Source of the DNA: Pseudomonas phage Zuri
DNA length: 24,000 nucleotides
Sequence record: MK863032.2
Direction: 5' to 3' (one strand)
Part shown: positions 1-7,327 of the stretch, piece after piece
How the letters are laid out: each line of letters opens with the position of its first letter
Numbering within the stretch: the stretch's first letter is position 1
Made by a program: the position numbers and the translations under genes
Notes under the pieces: generated by a model
Databases searched by the model: none
What the model saw: the letters and a program-made list of their open reading frames with translations, nothing else
Told to the model about the DNA's origin: nothing

Positions 1-2
1 GT

Positions 3-449
3 GCTTCCCGCTCCGGCGAATACGTCGAAGTCATCACCTTCGATGTCAAAGACGGCAAGGTGGTCAACCTGTCCATCGCCAAAGATGTCGTCGGCCAAGG
101 CATCAGCCGTGAGGTCTGGGGCATTCCAACTGAGCAATTCCGCAAGGTGGAAACCTTGATGCTCAGCCCGAACCACTGGGATGACAACCAGATGGGCAAC
201 AAGCATTACCTGTTCATGCTGGAAGGCTGCAAAAACCCTGAACCGGCCCGTGGCATCTACAACGAGTACCTGCGTTCGGAACTGGAGCCGCACCGCAAGG
301 TATTCGAGGTCCTTGGTTCCAAGACCCTGTGCCCGGTAGTCGATGACCAGCTGTCCGGCATCGGCTTCTCCTCCACCCGTAATGATCTCGTGACCATCCG
401 CGCCACCACGGCTGACGGCCAAAGCGAGGTCCTCAATGTCCAATTCTGA
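3..449 (+). CDS. phage hypothetical protein, C-terminal part (5' end outside window)
   Basis: Frame stays open from the window edge (ASRSGEYVEVITFDVKDGKVVNLSIAKDVVG...) to a stop at 449. The next CDS overlaps the stop, as in a phage operon. Confidence 0.75.
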   Translation, partial: ASRSGEYVEVITFDVKDGKVVNLSIAKDVVGQGISREVWGIPTEQFRKVETLMLSPNHWDDNQMGNKHYLFMLEGCKNPEPARGIYNEYLRSELEPHRKVFEVLGSKTLCPVVDDQLSGIGFSSTRNDLVTIRATTADGQSEVLNVQF

Positions 450-858
450 GGTCAACATGGATAACCTGTTCGAGAAAGCCACTCGCCAAAAGCTGCTGTT
501 CGAAAGCAAGGTCGGCCAGATCAACACCGAGCAACTGTGGGATCTTCCACTGCTCAGCAAGAACGGTCTCGATCTCGATACCGTGGCCAAAACTGCCAAG
601 CGCCAACTGGATGCTGCCAGCGAAGAATCCTTCGTCAGCAACACCAGCCCGGCGAAGGCTCTGGCCGAGCTGAGGCTCGAAGTGGTCAAGCACATCATCT
701 CGGTGAAACTCGCTGAGAAAGATGCTGCGGCCAAGAAAGCCAGCAAGGCCGAGCTGCGTAAGCAACTCACGGCTGCCCTGGCTGAGAAGCAGTCTGATGC
801 CCTCAAAGGCATGTCGGTCGAAGAAATCGAGCGCAAGCTCGCTGAGCTGGAAGACTGA
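436..858 (+). CDS. hypothetical protein, Lys/Glu/Ala-rich, probably helical
   Basis: 140-aa ORF (MSNSEVNMDNLFEKATRQ...), possible internal start at 457, ends just before a strong terminator. Confidence 0.75.
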   Translation: MSNSEVNMDNLFEKATRQKLLFESKVGQINTEQLWDLPLLSKNGLDLDTVAKTAKRQLDAASEESFVSNTSPAKALAELRLEVVKHIISVKLAEKDAAAKKASKAELRKQLTAALAEKQSDALKGMSVEEIERKLAELED

Positions 859-860
859 CC

Positions 861-892
861 AATCGGGGACCTGTTATGGGTCCCCGATTTTT
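861..892 (+). terminator. rho-independent terminator
   Basis: Stem AATCGGGGACC (861-871) / GGTCCCCGATT (879-889), 11 bp, 7-nt loop, followed by a T-rich run. Confidence 0.9.
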
Positions 893-931
893 GTTTTGAA
901 TTTCAATCCCTTAACTCAAGGACAAGACGCT

Positions 932-1276
932 ATGAGCCACGCTGACAAACGCAGTCCGAGCACCGATGCTCTCGAAACCCTCGGCATGATCCACTTCAAG
1001 CCTGAAGCCCGTGACGCCATTCACTTGGCCGTCGAGCCAGTCATTGCCTTCTGCAATCTGGAAGTAGGGCAGAAAGTCGGCATTATCAACGGTGAAGCTT
1101 GTCCTACCGGTTTCATGATGGAGAACGGGAAACGAGTGCCTTACCACGGCATCGTAGATCCCTTCCTGCCTGAAGGTCCTCTTGAGGGTCAATCTTTCTG
1201 GTTCGTCATGGCTCCCCGCATGGTGCAATCCTTGCGCCATGTGTGGGAGCACCCGGACTTCCCGGAGGGTAAGTGA
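932..1276 (+). CDS. hypothetical protein
   Basis: In-frame ATG at 932 (MSHADKRSPSTDALETLGMIHF...) downstream of the terminator. The longer listed ORF from 722 runs through the previous gene and terminator. Confidence 0.75.
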   Translation: MSHADKRSPSTDALETLGMIHFKPEARDAIHLAVEPVIAFCNLEVGQKVGIINGEACPTGFMMENGKRVPYHGIVDPFLPEGPLEGQSFWFVMAPRMVQSLRHVWEHPDFPEGK

Positions 1277-1641
1277 TGTCCGACTTGAATCAAGGTCATC
1301 TGCCCTACCCGGTTGAAGAGCACAAAGGCCGTGTCATGTGCGGTGATCCGGTGGCCATTGCCTACGAATGGATCATGGCCTACGCCAAAAACCTCACTGA
1401 TCAAGTGAGTGACGCCTATGACGGGCATGGGGGCGAGATCACCGTCGATGAGTTGATGGAAGTTGCCGATAGTCATCAGCCTGACGAAAACGGCAACAAC
1501 GGCTGGGGTGACTACATCTCTCGTGGTGGCACCTTCGAAGGTGAAAGCGTTGATCCCATGTTCTGGGAAAAATACGCCATCGTCCGGGGTAAACACATTG
1601 ACGACGTAGACCAGTCGTCGTTCTTTTCCTGCTCTTGCTGA
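1276..1641 (+). CDS. hypothetical acidic protein
   Basis: ATG at 1276 overlaps the upstream TGA (TGATG); MSDLNQGHLPYPVEEHKGRVMCGD..., 121 aa. Confidence 0.75.
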   Translation: MSDLNQGHLPYPVEEHKGRVMCGDPVAIAYEWIMAYAKNLTDQVSDAYDGHGGEITVDELMEVADSHQPDENGNNGWGDYISRGGTFEGESVDPMFWEKYAIVRGKHIDDVDQSSFFSCSC

Positions 1642-1649
1642 GGTCTGAC

Positions 1650-2696
1650 ATGACCGTAGAAAAAATGATTCACCGTTGCACCCCCCGAACAGCCAAGCGT
1701 CTGATCACCAAGATTCTTGCTGCCGGTCTGGTGCCGTTCATTCAATCCAGTCCGGGGATGGGCAAATCAGCCATCACCCGGCTGGTGGCCAAAGAGTTTC
1801 GTCTGAAACTGCTGGACCATCGTCTGTCCACCAGCGAACCAACGGACCTAACTGGGCTACCTTGGTTCAAGGATGGCTATGCCGCCTTCGCCCCATTCCG
1901 TGACCTGTTCCCGTTGGATGACCAGTCCCTGCCTGAAGGTTACGAAGGCTGGCTACTGTTCTTGGACGAGTTCAACTCGGCGCCCAAGTCGGTACAAGCC
2001 GCAGCCTACAAACTGATCCTCGACCGCATGGTCGGCCAGCATAACCTACATCCCAACGTGGTCATCGTCGCCGCAGGCAACCTGTCCACTGACAGGGCCA
2101 TCGTCAATGCCCTATCCACGGCCATGCAGTCCCGTCTGGTCCACATCGAAATGGTGTTGGACTTCAATGAGTGGCTGGAAGACGTGGCCATCACCGAAGG
2201 CTACGACCCACGAATCGTTGCCTTCCTGTCGCAGTATCCATCGAAGCTGATGGACTTCGACCCCAAGCATCAGGAGAAAACCTTCTGCTGCCCACGCACC
2301 TGGGAGTTCATGAACAAACTGGTCAAGAACGAACCGGTTATTCGGGACGAAGATGCTCCGATGTATGCGGGCACCATCACCTCCGGGGTGGCCACCGAGT
2401 TCATCACCTACTCGAAGATTTTCGAGAAGCTGGTGAGTGTCGGGGAGATCCTCAAGGATCCCGAGAAGGCCCGTCTGCCGGACGACACCGCATCCAAGTG
2501 GGCCACCATCGCCATCATGATGGAGCACATCAACGAGAAGAACTTCAACGACTTGGCCACCTATGCCAACCGTTTCGACCTGTCCTTCCGTGTGCTGTTC
2601 TACCGGGCCACGATGGTGCGTCAACCTGACCTGCGTTCGCATCCCAAGTTCGCAGCTTCCATGGGCGAAATCGCCCGTTACCTCAGCGGAAACTGA
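1650..2696 (+). CDS. AAA+ ATPase, MoxR-like
   Basis: Walker A-type motif SSPGMGKSAITR, Walker B-like WLLFLDEFNSAP, sensor-like IVVAAGNLS. ATG at 1650. Confidence 0.85.
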   Translation: MTVEKMIHRCTPRTAKRLITKILAAGLVPFIQSSPGMGKSAITRLVAKEFRLKLLDHRLSTSEPTDLTGLPWFKDGYAAFAPFRDLFPLDDQSLPEGYEGWLLFLDEFNSAPKSVQAAAYKLILDRMVGQHNLHPNVVIVAAGNLSTDRAIVNALSTAMQSRLVHIEMVLDFNEWLEDVAITEGYDPRIVAFLSQYPSKLMDFDPKHQEKTFCCPRTWEFMNKLVKNEPVIRDEDAPMYAGTITSGVATEFITYSKIFEKLVSVGEILKDPEKARLPDDTASKWATIAIMMEHINEKNFNDLATYANRFDLSFRVLFYRATMVRQPDLRSHPKFAASMGEIARYLSGN

Positions 2697-2698
2697 TC

Positions 2699-2881
2699 AT
2701 GAACATCAAGCCGATCAATGAAAAGAAAGACGGTGACAGGCCTTACATCGCTGGCTATCTGAACCAGAAGATTGGCTTGTATGCCAAAGACCTGTGGGCT
2801 GCCAAGCAGCTCGCTGTCACCCACTTCAAACCCAGCAAGAAAAATAGCGGCCTGCTCTGGGTAGAGTTGGCCGAGGAGTAA
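2699..2881 (+). CDS. small hypothetical protein
   Basis: 60-aa ORF (MNIKPINEKKDGDRPYIAGYLNQ...) fitting exactly between the ATPase and the VWA-like gene with 2-nt spacers. Confidence 0.7.
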   Translation: MNIKPINEKKDGDRPYIAGYLNQKIGLYAKDLWAAKQLAVTHFKPSKKNSGLLWVELAEE

Positions 2882-2883
2882 TC

Positions 2884-4047
2884 ATGAGCGAATTGGATTA
2901 CCAGCTGCTCCAGCGCGAGCTGGATCGGACCAAAGCCGAGGTGTTCCTCAACAACAGCACTGCTGGTTTCCTTGGCTCTGTCATGTGTTCGATGGAATTC
3001 ATCTGGGATGAGACCATCCAAACCGCTTCAACTGATGGTCTACGCCTCTGGTGGAACCCCCATTGGTTCCTGTCCCTGACTCCGGCCAGTCGTAAGACCG
3101 TTCTGTACCACGAGATCTGGCACCCGGCCCGGCTGCACCTGATTCGTCGAGGTAGCCGAGACCACAAGATCTGGAACTATGCCTGCGACATTCGTATTAA
3201 CAACGACTTGTTGCGGGAAGGTTTCACCTTTGAAGGCATCGAATGGGGTTGGATGGATCCTGAAATCGACAAGGGGCCGAAAGGCATCTTGGCGGAAGAA
3301 GAGATCTACGAGCTGCTGATGGCCAACCAGATGCAGCCTCCACCCCAACCGACCGGTGGTAGTGGTCAACCGGGGGATGGCGATGTGGGTGACATGCGGG
3401 AACCAACAGAGCAAGAAATCCAACAGGTGGTGGCCAACGTAGTCATGGCCGTCCAGCAAGCCAAGCTGGCTGGCTGTGGTGGTGTGCCGGGTGTGACTCA
3501 ACAAACTCTAGACAAGTTTCTGGAGTCCATCGTCCCGTGGGAAACCCTGTTGTGGCGGTTCTTTACCGACATGATGGACGAAGATTACAGCTGGAAGCGA
3601 CCCAATCGACGCTACAGCGATATGTACATGCCATCCCGGCAGGAAGATGATGGCAGGCTGGAACATCTGGCCTACTTCATCGACGTGTCAGGGTCCGTGT
3701 CTGATGCTGACGTGGTGCGTTGCAACAGCGAAATCCGCTACATCAAAGAGGAGCTGAAGCCCAAGAAGCTCAGCCTGTTCTTGTTCGACACCCGGATCAC
3801 GAAAGAATATATCTTTGAGGAAGACGATCCTTTCGATAAGCTTGTCATCGTTGGTCGGGGTGGGACCAGCTTTGAGCCGGTACGGGAGAAGATCAATGAG
3901 ATCCAACCCACGGCAGCCGTCATTTTCTCCGACATGGATTGTCCTCCGATGCAGCCGCTTGACTATGACATTCCAGTGATCTGGATCGCCGTCAATGCTC
4001 GCCGGAAGACAGTGCCATTCGGGGACATCATCTTCATCAGGAGCTGA
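2884..4047 (+). CDS. DUF2201-type protein: N-terminal putative metallopeptidase-like domain plus C-terminal VWA-like domain
   Basis: HExxH motif in TVLYHEIWHPARLHLIRR; MIDAS-like DVSGSVS with downstream GRGGTSFEP and FSDMDC. Adjacent to a MoxR-like ATPase. Confidence 0.8.
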   Translation: MSELDYQLLQRELDRTKAEVFLNNSTAGFLGSVMCSMEFIWDETIQTASTDGLRLWWNPHWFLSLTPASRKTVLYHEIWHPARLHLIRRGSRDHKIWNYACDIRINNDLLREGFTFEGIEWGWMDPEIDKGPKGILAEEEIYELLMANQMQPPPQPTGGSGQPGDGDVGDMREPTEQEIQQVVANVVMAVQQAKLAGCGGVPGVTQQTLDKFLESIVPWETLLWRFFTDMMDEDYSWKRPNRRYSDMYMPSRQEDDGRLEHLAYFIDVSGSVSDADVVRCNSEIRYIKEELKPKKLSLFLFDTRITKEYIFEEDDPFDKLVIVGRGGTSFEPVREKINEIQPTAAVIFSDMDCPPMQPLDYDIPVIWIAVNARRKTVPFGDIIFIRS

Positions 4048-4051
4048 ACCA

Positions 4052-4552
4052 ATGGTAATCAACGGTCTGGAGCTGGTCGTCAAAGCCCCAATCCAAAACA
4101 TGTCAGCGACTAAAAACGCCGACCATGGCACCAGCTGGGGTCTGTCTGAAGCTGGCTACGACATCCGCATCAAGCAGACCGTAAGCTTCCGTAAGTTCCT
4201 CGGCCTGTTCCCTCAAGTAAAAGTTGGGTGGGCAGGCAAGTGGAAGTTTGGGCGATTCGCCTTGGCTTCCGCTGAGGAGCTGTTCCAGATGCCAAACGAC
4301 GTGCTTGGTATAGTCCATGACAAATCGACGTGGGCACGCCGAACACTGTCGGTCTTCAACACCGTCATTGAGCCGGGCTGGAAAGGCTATCTGACCTTGG
4401 AACTTGTCTTCCATGGCAGCAAGCCGGTTCACATTCCAGCCGGGTCCGGCATTGCTCAGGTCATTTTTCATGGCCTGTCCAACAGGGCGTCATACAACGG
4501 CAAGTACCAGAACCAAGAGGACCGACCGGTAGCGGCTCGGGAATCAGCATGA
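4052..4552 (+). CDS. dCTP deaminase / dUTPase-family protein
   Basis: MVINGLELVVKAPIQ...; family-like segments IVHDKSTWARRTLSVFNTVIEPGWKGYLTLELVFHG and IPAGSGIAQVIFH...YNGKYQNQ. ATG at 4052 follows the preceding gene. Confidence 0.75.
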   Translation: MVINGLELVVKAPIQNMSATKNADHGTSWGLSEAGYDIRIKQTVSFRKFLGLFPQVKVGWAGKWKFGRFALASAEELFQMPNDVLGIVHDKSTWARRTLSVFNTVIEPGWKGYLTLELVFHGSKPVHIPAGSGIAQVIFHGLSNRASYNGKYQNQEDRPVAARESA

Positions 4553-4779
4553 ACCTGATAAACAAGTGCCAATGCTGTGGAAAAGACAACGGCTGGGCAC
4601 TACTCGATCCTGAGTACGCCGATGTCTGTGGTGAATGTGAAGCAGATACCTCCAATCCGATTGGATTTTTCGAGGGAAGGTATCAGCTAATGGCTACTTG
4701 CGGCTGTGGTGCAAAGGGTCCTGTGAATTACGGAAAGGACCAGTACTACTGCGGCAAGGGTCCAAGCTGTTGCCCCTGA
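4549..4779 (+). CDS. small Cys-rich, zinc-ribbon-like protein
   Basis: MNLINKCQCCGKDNGWALLDPEYADVCGECEAD...CGCGAKGPV...YYCGKGPSCC, repeated Cys pairs; ATGA overlap with the previous stop. Confidence 0.7.
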   Translation: MNLINKCQCCGKDNGWALLDPEYADVCGECEADTSNPIGFFEGRYQLMATCGCGAKGPVNYGKDQYYCGKGPSCCP

Positions 4780-4801
4780 GCTGTTGCTTGGGGGTAGCAG
4801 C
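4780..4801 (+). promoter_or_regulatory. stem-loop directly after the zinc-ribbon ORF
   Basis: GCTGTTGC (4780-4787) / GTAGCAGC (4794-4801), 8 bp with two G-U pairs, 6-nt loop. Confidence 0.45.
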
Positions 4802-4878
4802 CCTGAAGAACAACCCCGCCCCCGAGAGACAACTCGGTTATCAAACCCAATGCACCTGTGGTTTGGCTGACACGCAGG

Positions 4879-5013
4879 TTGCATTGGTGAAGCGTCTCAA
4901 CCAGTGACGACTGGTAGGGAAAGCTCTCTGGGGCCTCAGCACGGTCTAATGTTAAATCATTACCGGCTGGGGACTGCACGAAGATTGCCCGTTGAGACGC
5001 TTCACCAATGCAA
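4879..5013. repeat. perfect 23-bp inverted repeat flanking an 89-nt spacer
   Basis: Left arm 4879-4901 TTGCATTGGTGAAGCGTCTCAAC; right arm 4991-5013 GTTGAGACGCTTCACCAATGCAA is its exact reverse complement. Confidence 0.97.
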
Positions 5014-5038
5014 GTTGGAAAGAAGATTTTAATTTCTA

Positions 5039-5136
5039 GTCGGTAGTCCGTGCATGGGCACACCTCTGGCGTAGGCCACGCCTATTGAGGAACGGCAGCT
5101 TAGCGGCTGGTGGTTCGACTCCACATACCGGCTCCA
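5039..5136 (+). ncRNA. tRNA-like element ending in encoded CCA; aberrant or non-decoding tRNA candidate
   Basis: Acceptor GTCGGTA (5039-5045)/TACCGGC (5126-5132); T-arm GTGG-TTCGACT-CCAC (5110-5124); D-like hairpin GTGC-ATGG-GCAC (5050-5061); variable-arm-like CAGC/GCTG (5096-5109); terminal CCA 5134-5136. The middle arm lacks a normal 7-nt loop with U33. Confidence 0.45.
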
Positions 5137-5190
5137 TTTTCTGATAGGTGGTCACTGCCTTCCCAGTGTCAATTAAAGGAGTTCAAACTC

Positions 5191-5628
5191 ATGCTCGGTT
5201 GGTTGAAGAAGAAAGCCAAAGTCACTGCCCGTGATGTGGCCAAGTTCGAAAAGAAAGACCTGATGGAAGCCACCGTCGGTATCGGTGTGCTGACCATGTG
5301 GGTCAGTGGTTCGGCTGAAGATGCTGAGCGTGAAAAACTCAACAAGATCCTCGCCAACACCCCGGCCTTGGCCAACTTCGGCAGCGAAGTGCAGGGCACC
5401 CTGCAACGCTATGACACCATGTGCAAAGACATGGGCTTCATGGGCGCCAAGGTTCACATCATGCGCGAAATCAAGCAGTGCCAAGGCGACCAGCACGAGA
5501 TGGAAGACGTTCTGGTCACCGGCCTGACCGTCGCTCTCTCCGATGGTGAGATGGACGAAAAAGAAGAGAAGCTGCTGCGTGAAGTGGCTTCCCTGTTCGG
5601 CCTACGTCTGGAAAACTTCCTGGCCTAA
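5191..5628 (+). CDS. TerB-like (tellurite resistance TerB family) protein
   Basis: MLGWLKKKAKVTARDVAKFEKKD...VLVTGLTVALSDGEMDEKEEKLLREVASLFGL resembles the TerB D-G-x-x-x-x-E-E pattern. SD-like AAAGGAG precedes ATG 5191. Confidence 0.6.
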   Translation: MLGWLKKKAKVTARDVAKFEKKDLMEATVGIGVLTMWVSGSAEDAEREKLNKILANTPALANFGSEVQGTLQRYDTMCKDMGFMGAKVHIMREIKQCQGDQHEMEDVLVTGLTVALSDGEMDEKEEKLLREVASLFGLRLENFLA

Positions 5629-5632
5629 GCCT

Positions 5633-5836
5633 ATGAAAGGTCTCCTGAAACTCATAGGCATCATAGTGCTGGGCCTGTCTGTATTCTTCGGCGGGATATC
5701 ACTCTGGAACCGTTCGGTCTGCAAGATCTACGGTTGGCAGACTGAGCGTGAAACCAAATATGCAACCTTTGTGGGTTGCATGGTGGAACTCAACGGTAAG
5801 TGGTATCCCCGCAACGAATTGCGGATTGCCCAGTAA
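5633..5836 (+). CDS. small membrane-associated hypothetical protein
   Basis: MKGLLKLIGIIVLGLSVFFGGISLWNRS..., single N-terminal hydrophobic segment, ATG 5633. Confidence 0.65.
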   Translation: MKGLLKLIGIIVLGLSVFFGGISLWNRSVCKIYGWQTERETKYATFVGCMVELNGKWYPRNELRIAQ

Positions 5837-5840
5837 AAGG

Positions 5841-5869
5841 AAATGGTGGCCTTCGGGTCACCATTTTTT
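5841..5869 (+). terminator. rho-independent terminator with UUCG tetraloop
   Basis: AAATGGTGGCC-TTCG-GGTCACCATTT followed by TTT; one G-U pair in the stem. Confidence 0.9.
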
Positions 5870-5881
5870 ATGGAGAATGTG

Positions 5882-6445
5882 ATGGGAAACGTGATCACCC
5901 TTCCTAGTTGGCTCAACGCCGTCAAAAAGGTCTACAACACCAAGACCGGAGGTGACATGACTCCGGTGGACGTGGCTCTGGCCTTTGCCCTGACCATCCG
6001 CCTGTACGGCACAGCTGATGCCCTGCGTAAGACAGCCCGGAACATCACCGATAAAGTATGCCGTCAGCAGAAGCCGGGCATGAAGCGACTGTCCAAGGCC
6101 CCTGACGATGTGGTGTGGGAAGCCACCACCAAGATCGTCAACCGGGTCACCGACATGCTGAAAATCTTCCCCGGCGAACAGATCCCCTTGGTTCCATTTG
6201 AGGAACCAAAGGAGCCTGAAGCCGACGAAGGCGAGATCCTTCGCTTGTTGGAGGAGATCGCCAACGAAGTGGCCAACCCCAAGAAGATCTGCGAGGAGGT
6301 CCTGTACCTTGCCGAGCAGCTTCCCCAACATCAACGAGCTGGGCTGTACCTGATCGGAGGATCCAAGAATCCCCGAGCAGTGATCATGGCCATGCTCAGA
6401 ACCAAGGAGGCAAAATCCATTGGCCGAAACAACGAACACGCTTGA
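5882..6445 (+). CDS. hypothetical protein
   Basis: MGNVITLPSWLNAVKKVYNTKTGGD...; ATG 5882 lies downstream of the terminator, so the listed ATG at 5843 (inside the terminator) is disfavoured. Confidence 0.65.
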   Translation: MGNVITLPSWLNAVKKVYNTKTGGDMTPVDVALAFALTIRLYGTADALRKTARNITDKVCRQQKPGMKRLSKAPDDVVWEATTKIVNRVTDMLKIFPGEQIPLVPFEEPKEPEADEGEILRLLEEIANEVANPKKICEEVLYLAEQLPQHQRAGLYLIGGSKNPRAVIMAMLRTKEAKSIGRNNEHA

Positions 6446-6620
6446 AGAGCGTAACGAGAGCCAACGGAAGACCATCCTCAAACAAGTGGCTCGTATTCAG
6501 GAACTGGAGATCTGGGAGAAATTTGCCCGGTATCTCCTGAACAACTGCAACGGACAGACCGTGACTCCAGAAAATCTGGAAAAATGGCTGGAAGAGGCTC
6601 AACAACCAAGGAGAAAGTGA
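6420..6620 (+). CDS. small hypothetical protein
   Basis: 66-aa ORF starting at TTG 6420 behind a strong AAGGAGG; overlaps the end of the previous gene. Confidence 0.55.
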   Translation: MAETTNTLEERNESQRKTILKQVARIQELEIWEKFARYLLNNCNGQTVTPENLEKWLEEAQQPRRK

Positions 6621-6865
6621 TGGATTACGCTGGAGTGGTTGCCGCATTTCTGATGGCATCTAGCTGCGACAACATCGACGGATGCAAAGAGATTGTGGTG
6701 GCACCATTCCACGGTCCTGCTGGATCCGAACTGTGTCAGCTGACTGCCCAAAACTTCAACCAAGTAAATGCCTACAAGAGAGTGACCGGTAACGACCGGC
6801 CCATCATCTTCGTGTGCAAGCCACCGGCTCAGGTGGCAACCAAAGGCCCCCGCACCAACCTGTAA
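6620..6865 (+). CDS. hypothetical protein
   Basis: GGAGAAAGTGATGG: ATG 6620 overlaps the upstream stop; MDYAGVVAAFLMASSCDNIDGCKEIVVAPFHG... Confidence 0.65.
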   Translation: MDYAGVVAAFLMASSCDNIDGCKEIVVAPFHGPAGSELCQLTAQNFNQVNAYKRVTGNDRPIIFVCKPPAQVATKGPRTNL

Positions 6866-6925
6866 AGGTTTCGTGGGGGTTAAACACCTCGTAGCAAACC
6901 CTTAATCTCAAAGGAAAATTTCCTC

Positions 6926-7258
6926 ATGTGTGAACGTTGCGTAGCAGACTCGCTGGTGAACCTGAACAACAGCCAGGCTATTCTGAATCTGGCTAATGCT
7001 GCCCATACACTGGACAGCATCAATGCCGCCTCCGAGAAGAACACCGTTCTCCGTCGTCTGGATGCCATGGCCGAACTGCCGCGTAACAGCGGCGAAGCAG
7101 AAGCAGCTACTGCCCCGGCCCAAAGTGAAGACACCGGTCGTACCGGTGAAGCTCCTTCGGCCAACGCCGATGTAACCCTGTCCCAGCACGTTCGCCGTCT
7201 GGTCGAACTGGGCCAGGCACTGGGCTTCGAAGTGGAAGTCCACAGCATCAAGTTGTAA
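6926..7258 (+). CDS. hypothetical protein
   Basis: 110-aa ORF MCERCVADSLVNLNNSQAILNLANAAHTLDS... with AAAGGAAAA upstream. Confidence 0.7.
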   Translation: MCERCVADSLVNLNNSQAILNLANAAHTLDSINAASEKNTVLRRLDAMAELPRNSGEAEAATAPAQSEDTGRTGEAPSANADVTLSQHVRRLVELGQALGFEVEVHSIKL

Positions 7259-7327
7259 CTGCAACCTAAGTTTGGCATATTGCCAGCTCAGCCATAAAAC
7301 CCCCTGAACCAAGAAGGATCACAGCCT

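Larger units (their letters stand above)
4780..5136 (+). ncRNA. candidate structured non-coding RNA region (class unknown)
   Basis: About 350 nt without a convincing ORF but dense in inverted repeats: 4822-4826/4833-4837, 4847-4858/4875-4887, 4879-4901/4991-5013, and the tRNA-like fold at 5039-5136. Strand and boundaries are inferred. Confidence 0.4.

Noticed and set aside
2112-2642. 176-aa minus and 152-aa plus (2171-2629) ORFs inside the MoxR-like gene
   Set aside because: Fully overlapped by a gene with clear AAA+ motifs; translations look like out-of-frame noise.
4698-4907. 69-aa + ORF overlapping the zinc-ribbon gene and the structured region
   Set aside because: Starts inside a better-supported Cys-rich ORF and runs through multiple hairpins; no convincing SD or domain.
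4746-5063. 105-aa minus-strand ORF over the structured region
   Set aside because: Translation is not protein-like and its sequence is explained by inverted repeats; all other genes are on the + strand.
4780-5136. Canonical tmRNA
   Set aside because: The 3' end resembles a tmRNA/tRNA T-arm and TTA-GCG-GCT could read LAA, but no stop follows and no GGGGxTGATTCTGGATTCGAC-like 5' end is present. A dedicated ARAGORN run is still needed.
4902-5140. Group I intron
   Set aside because: A TAGTCC string at 5044-5049 recalls the P7/S region, but no matching GACTA partner or P4-P6 consensus was found and no interrupted exon is evident.
5153-5168. CACTG-CCTTCC-CAGTG hairpin as terminator after the tRNA-like element
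   Set aside because: Only 5 bp and no T-tract; too weak to call.
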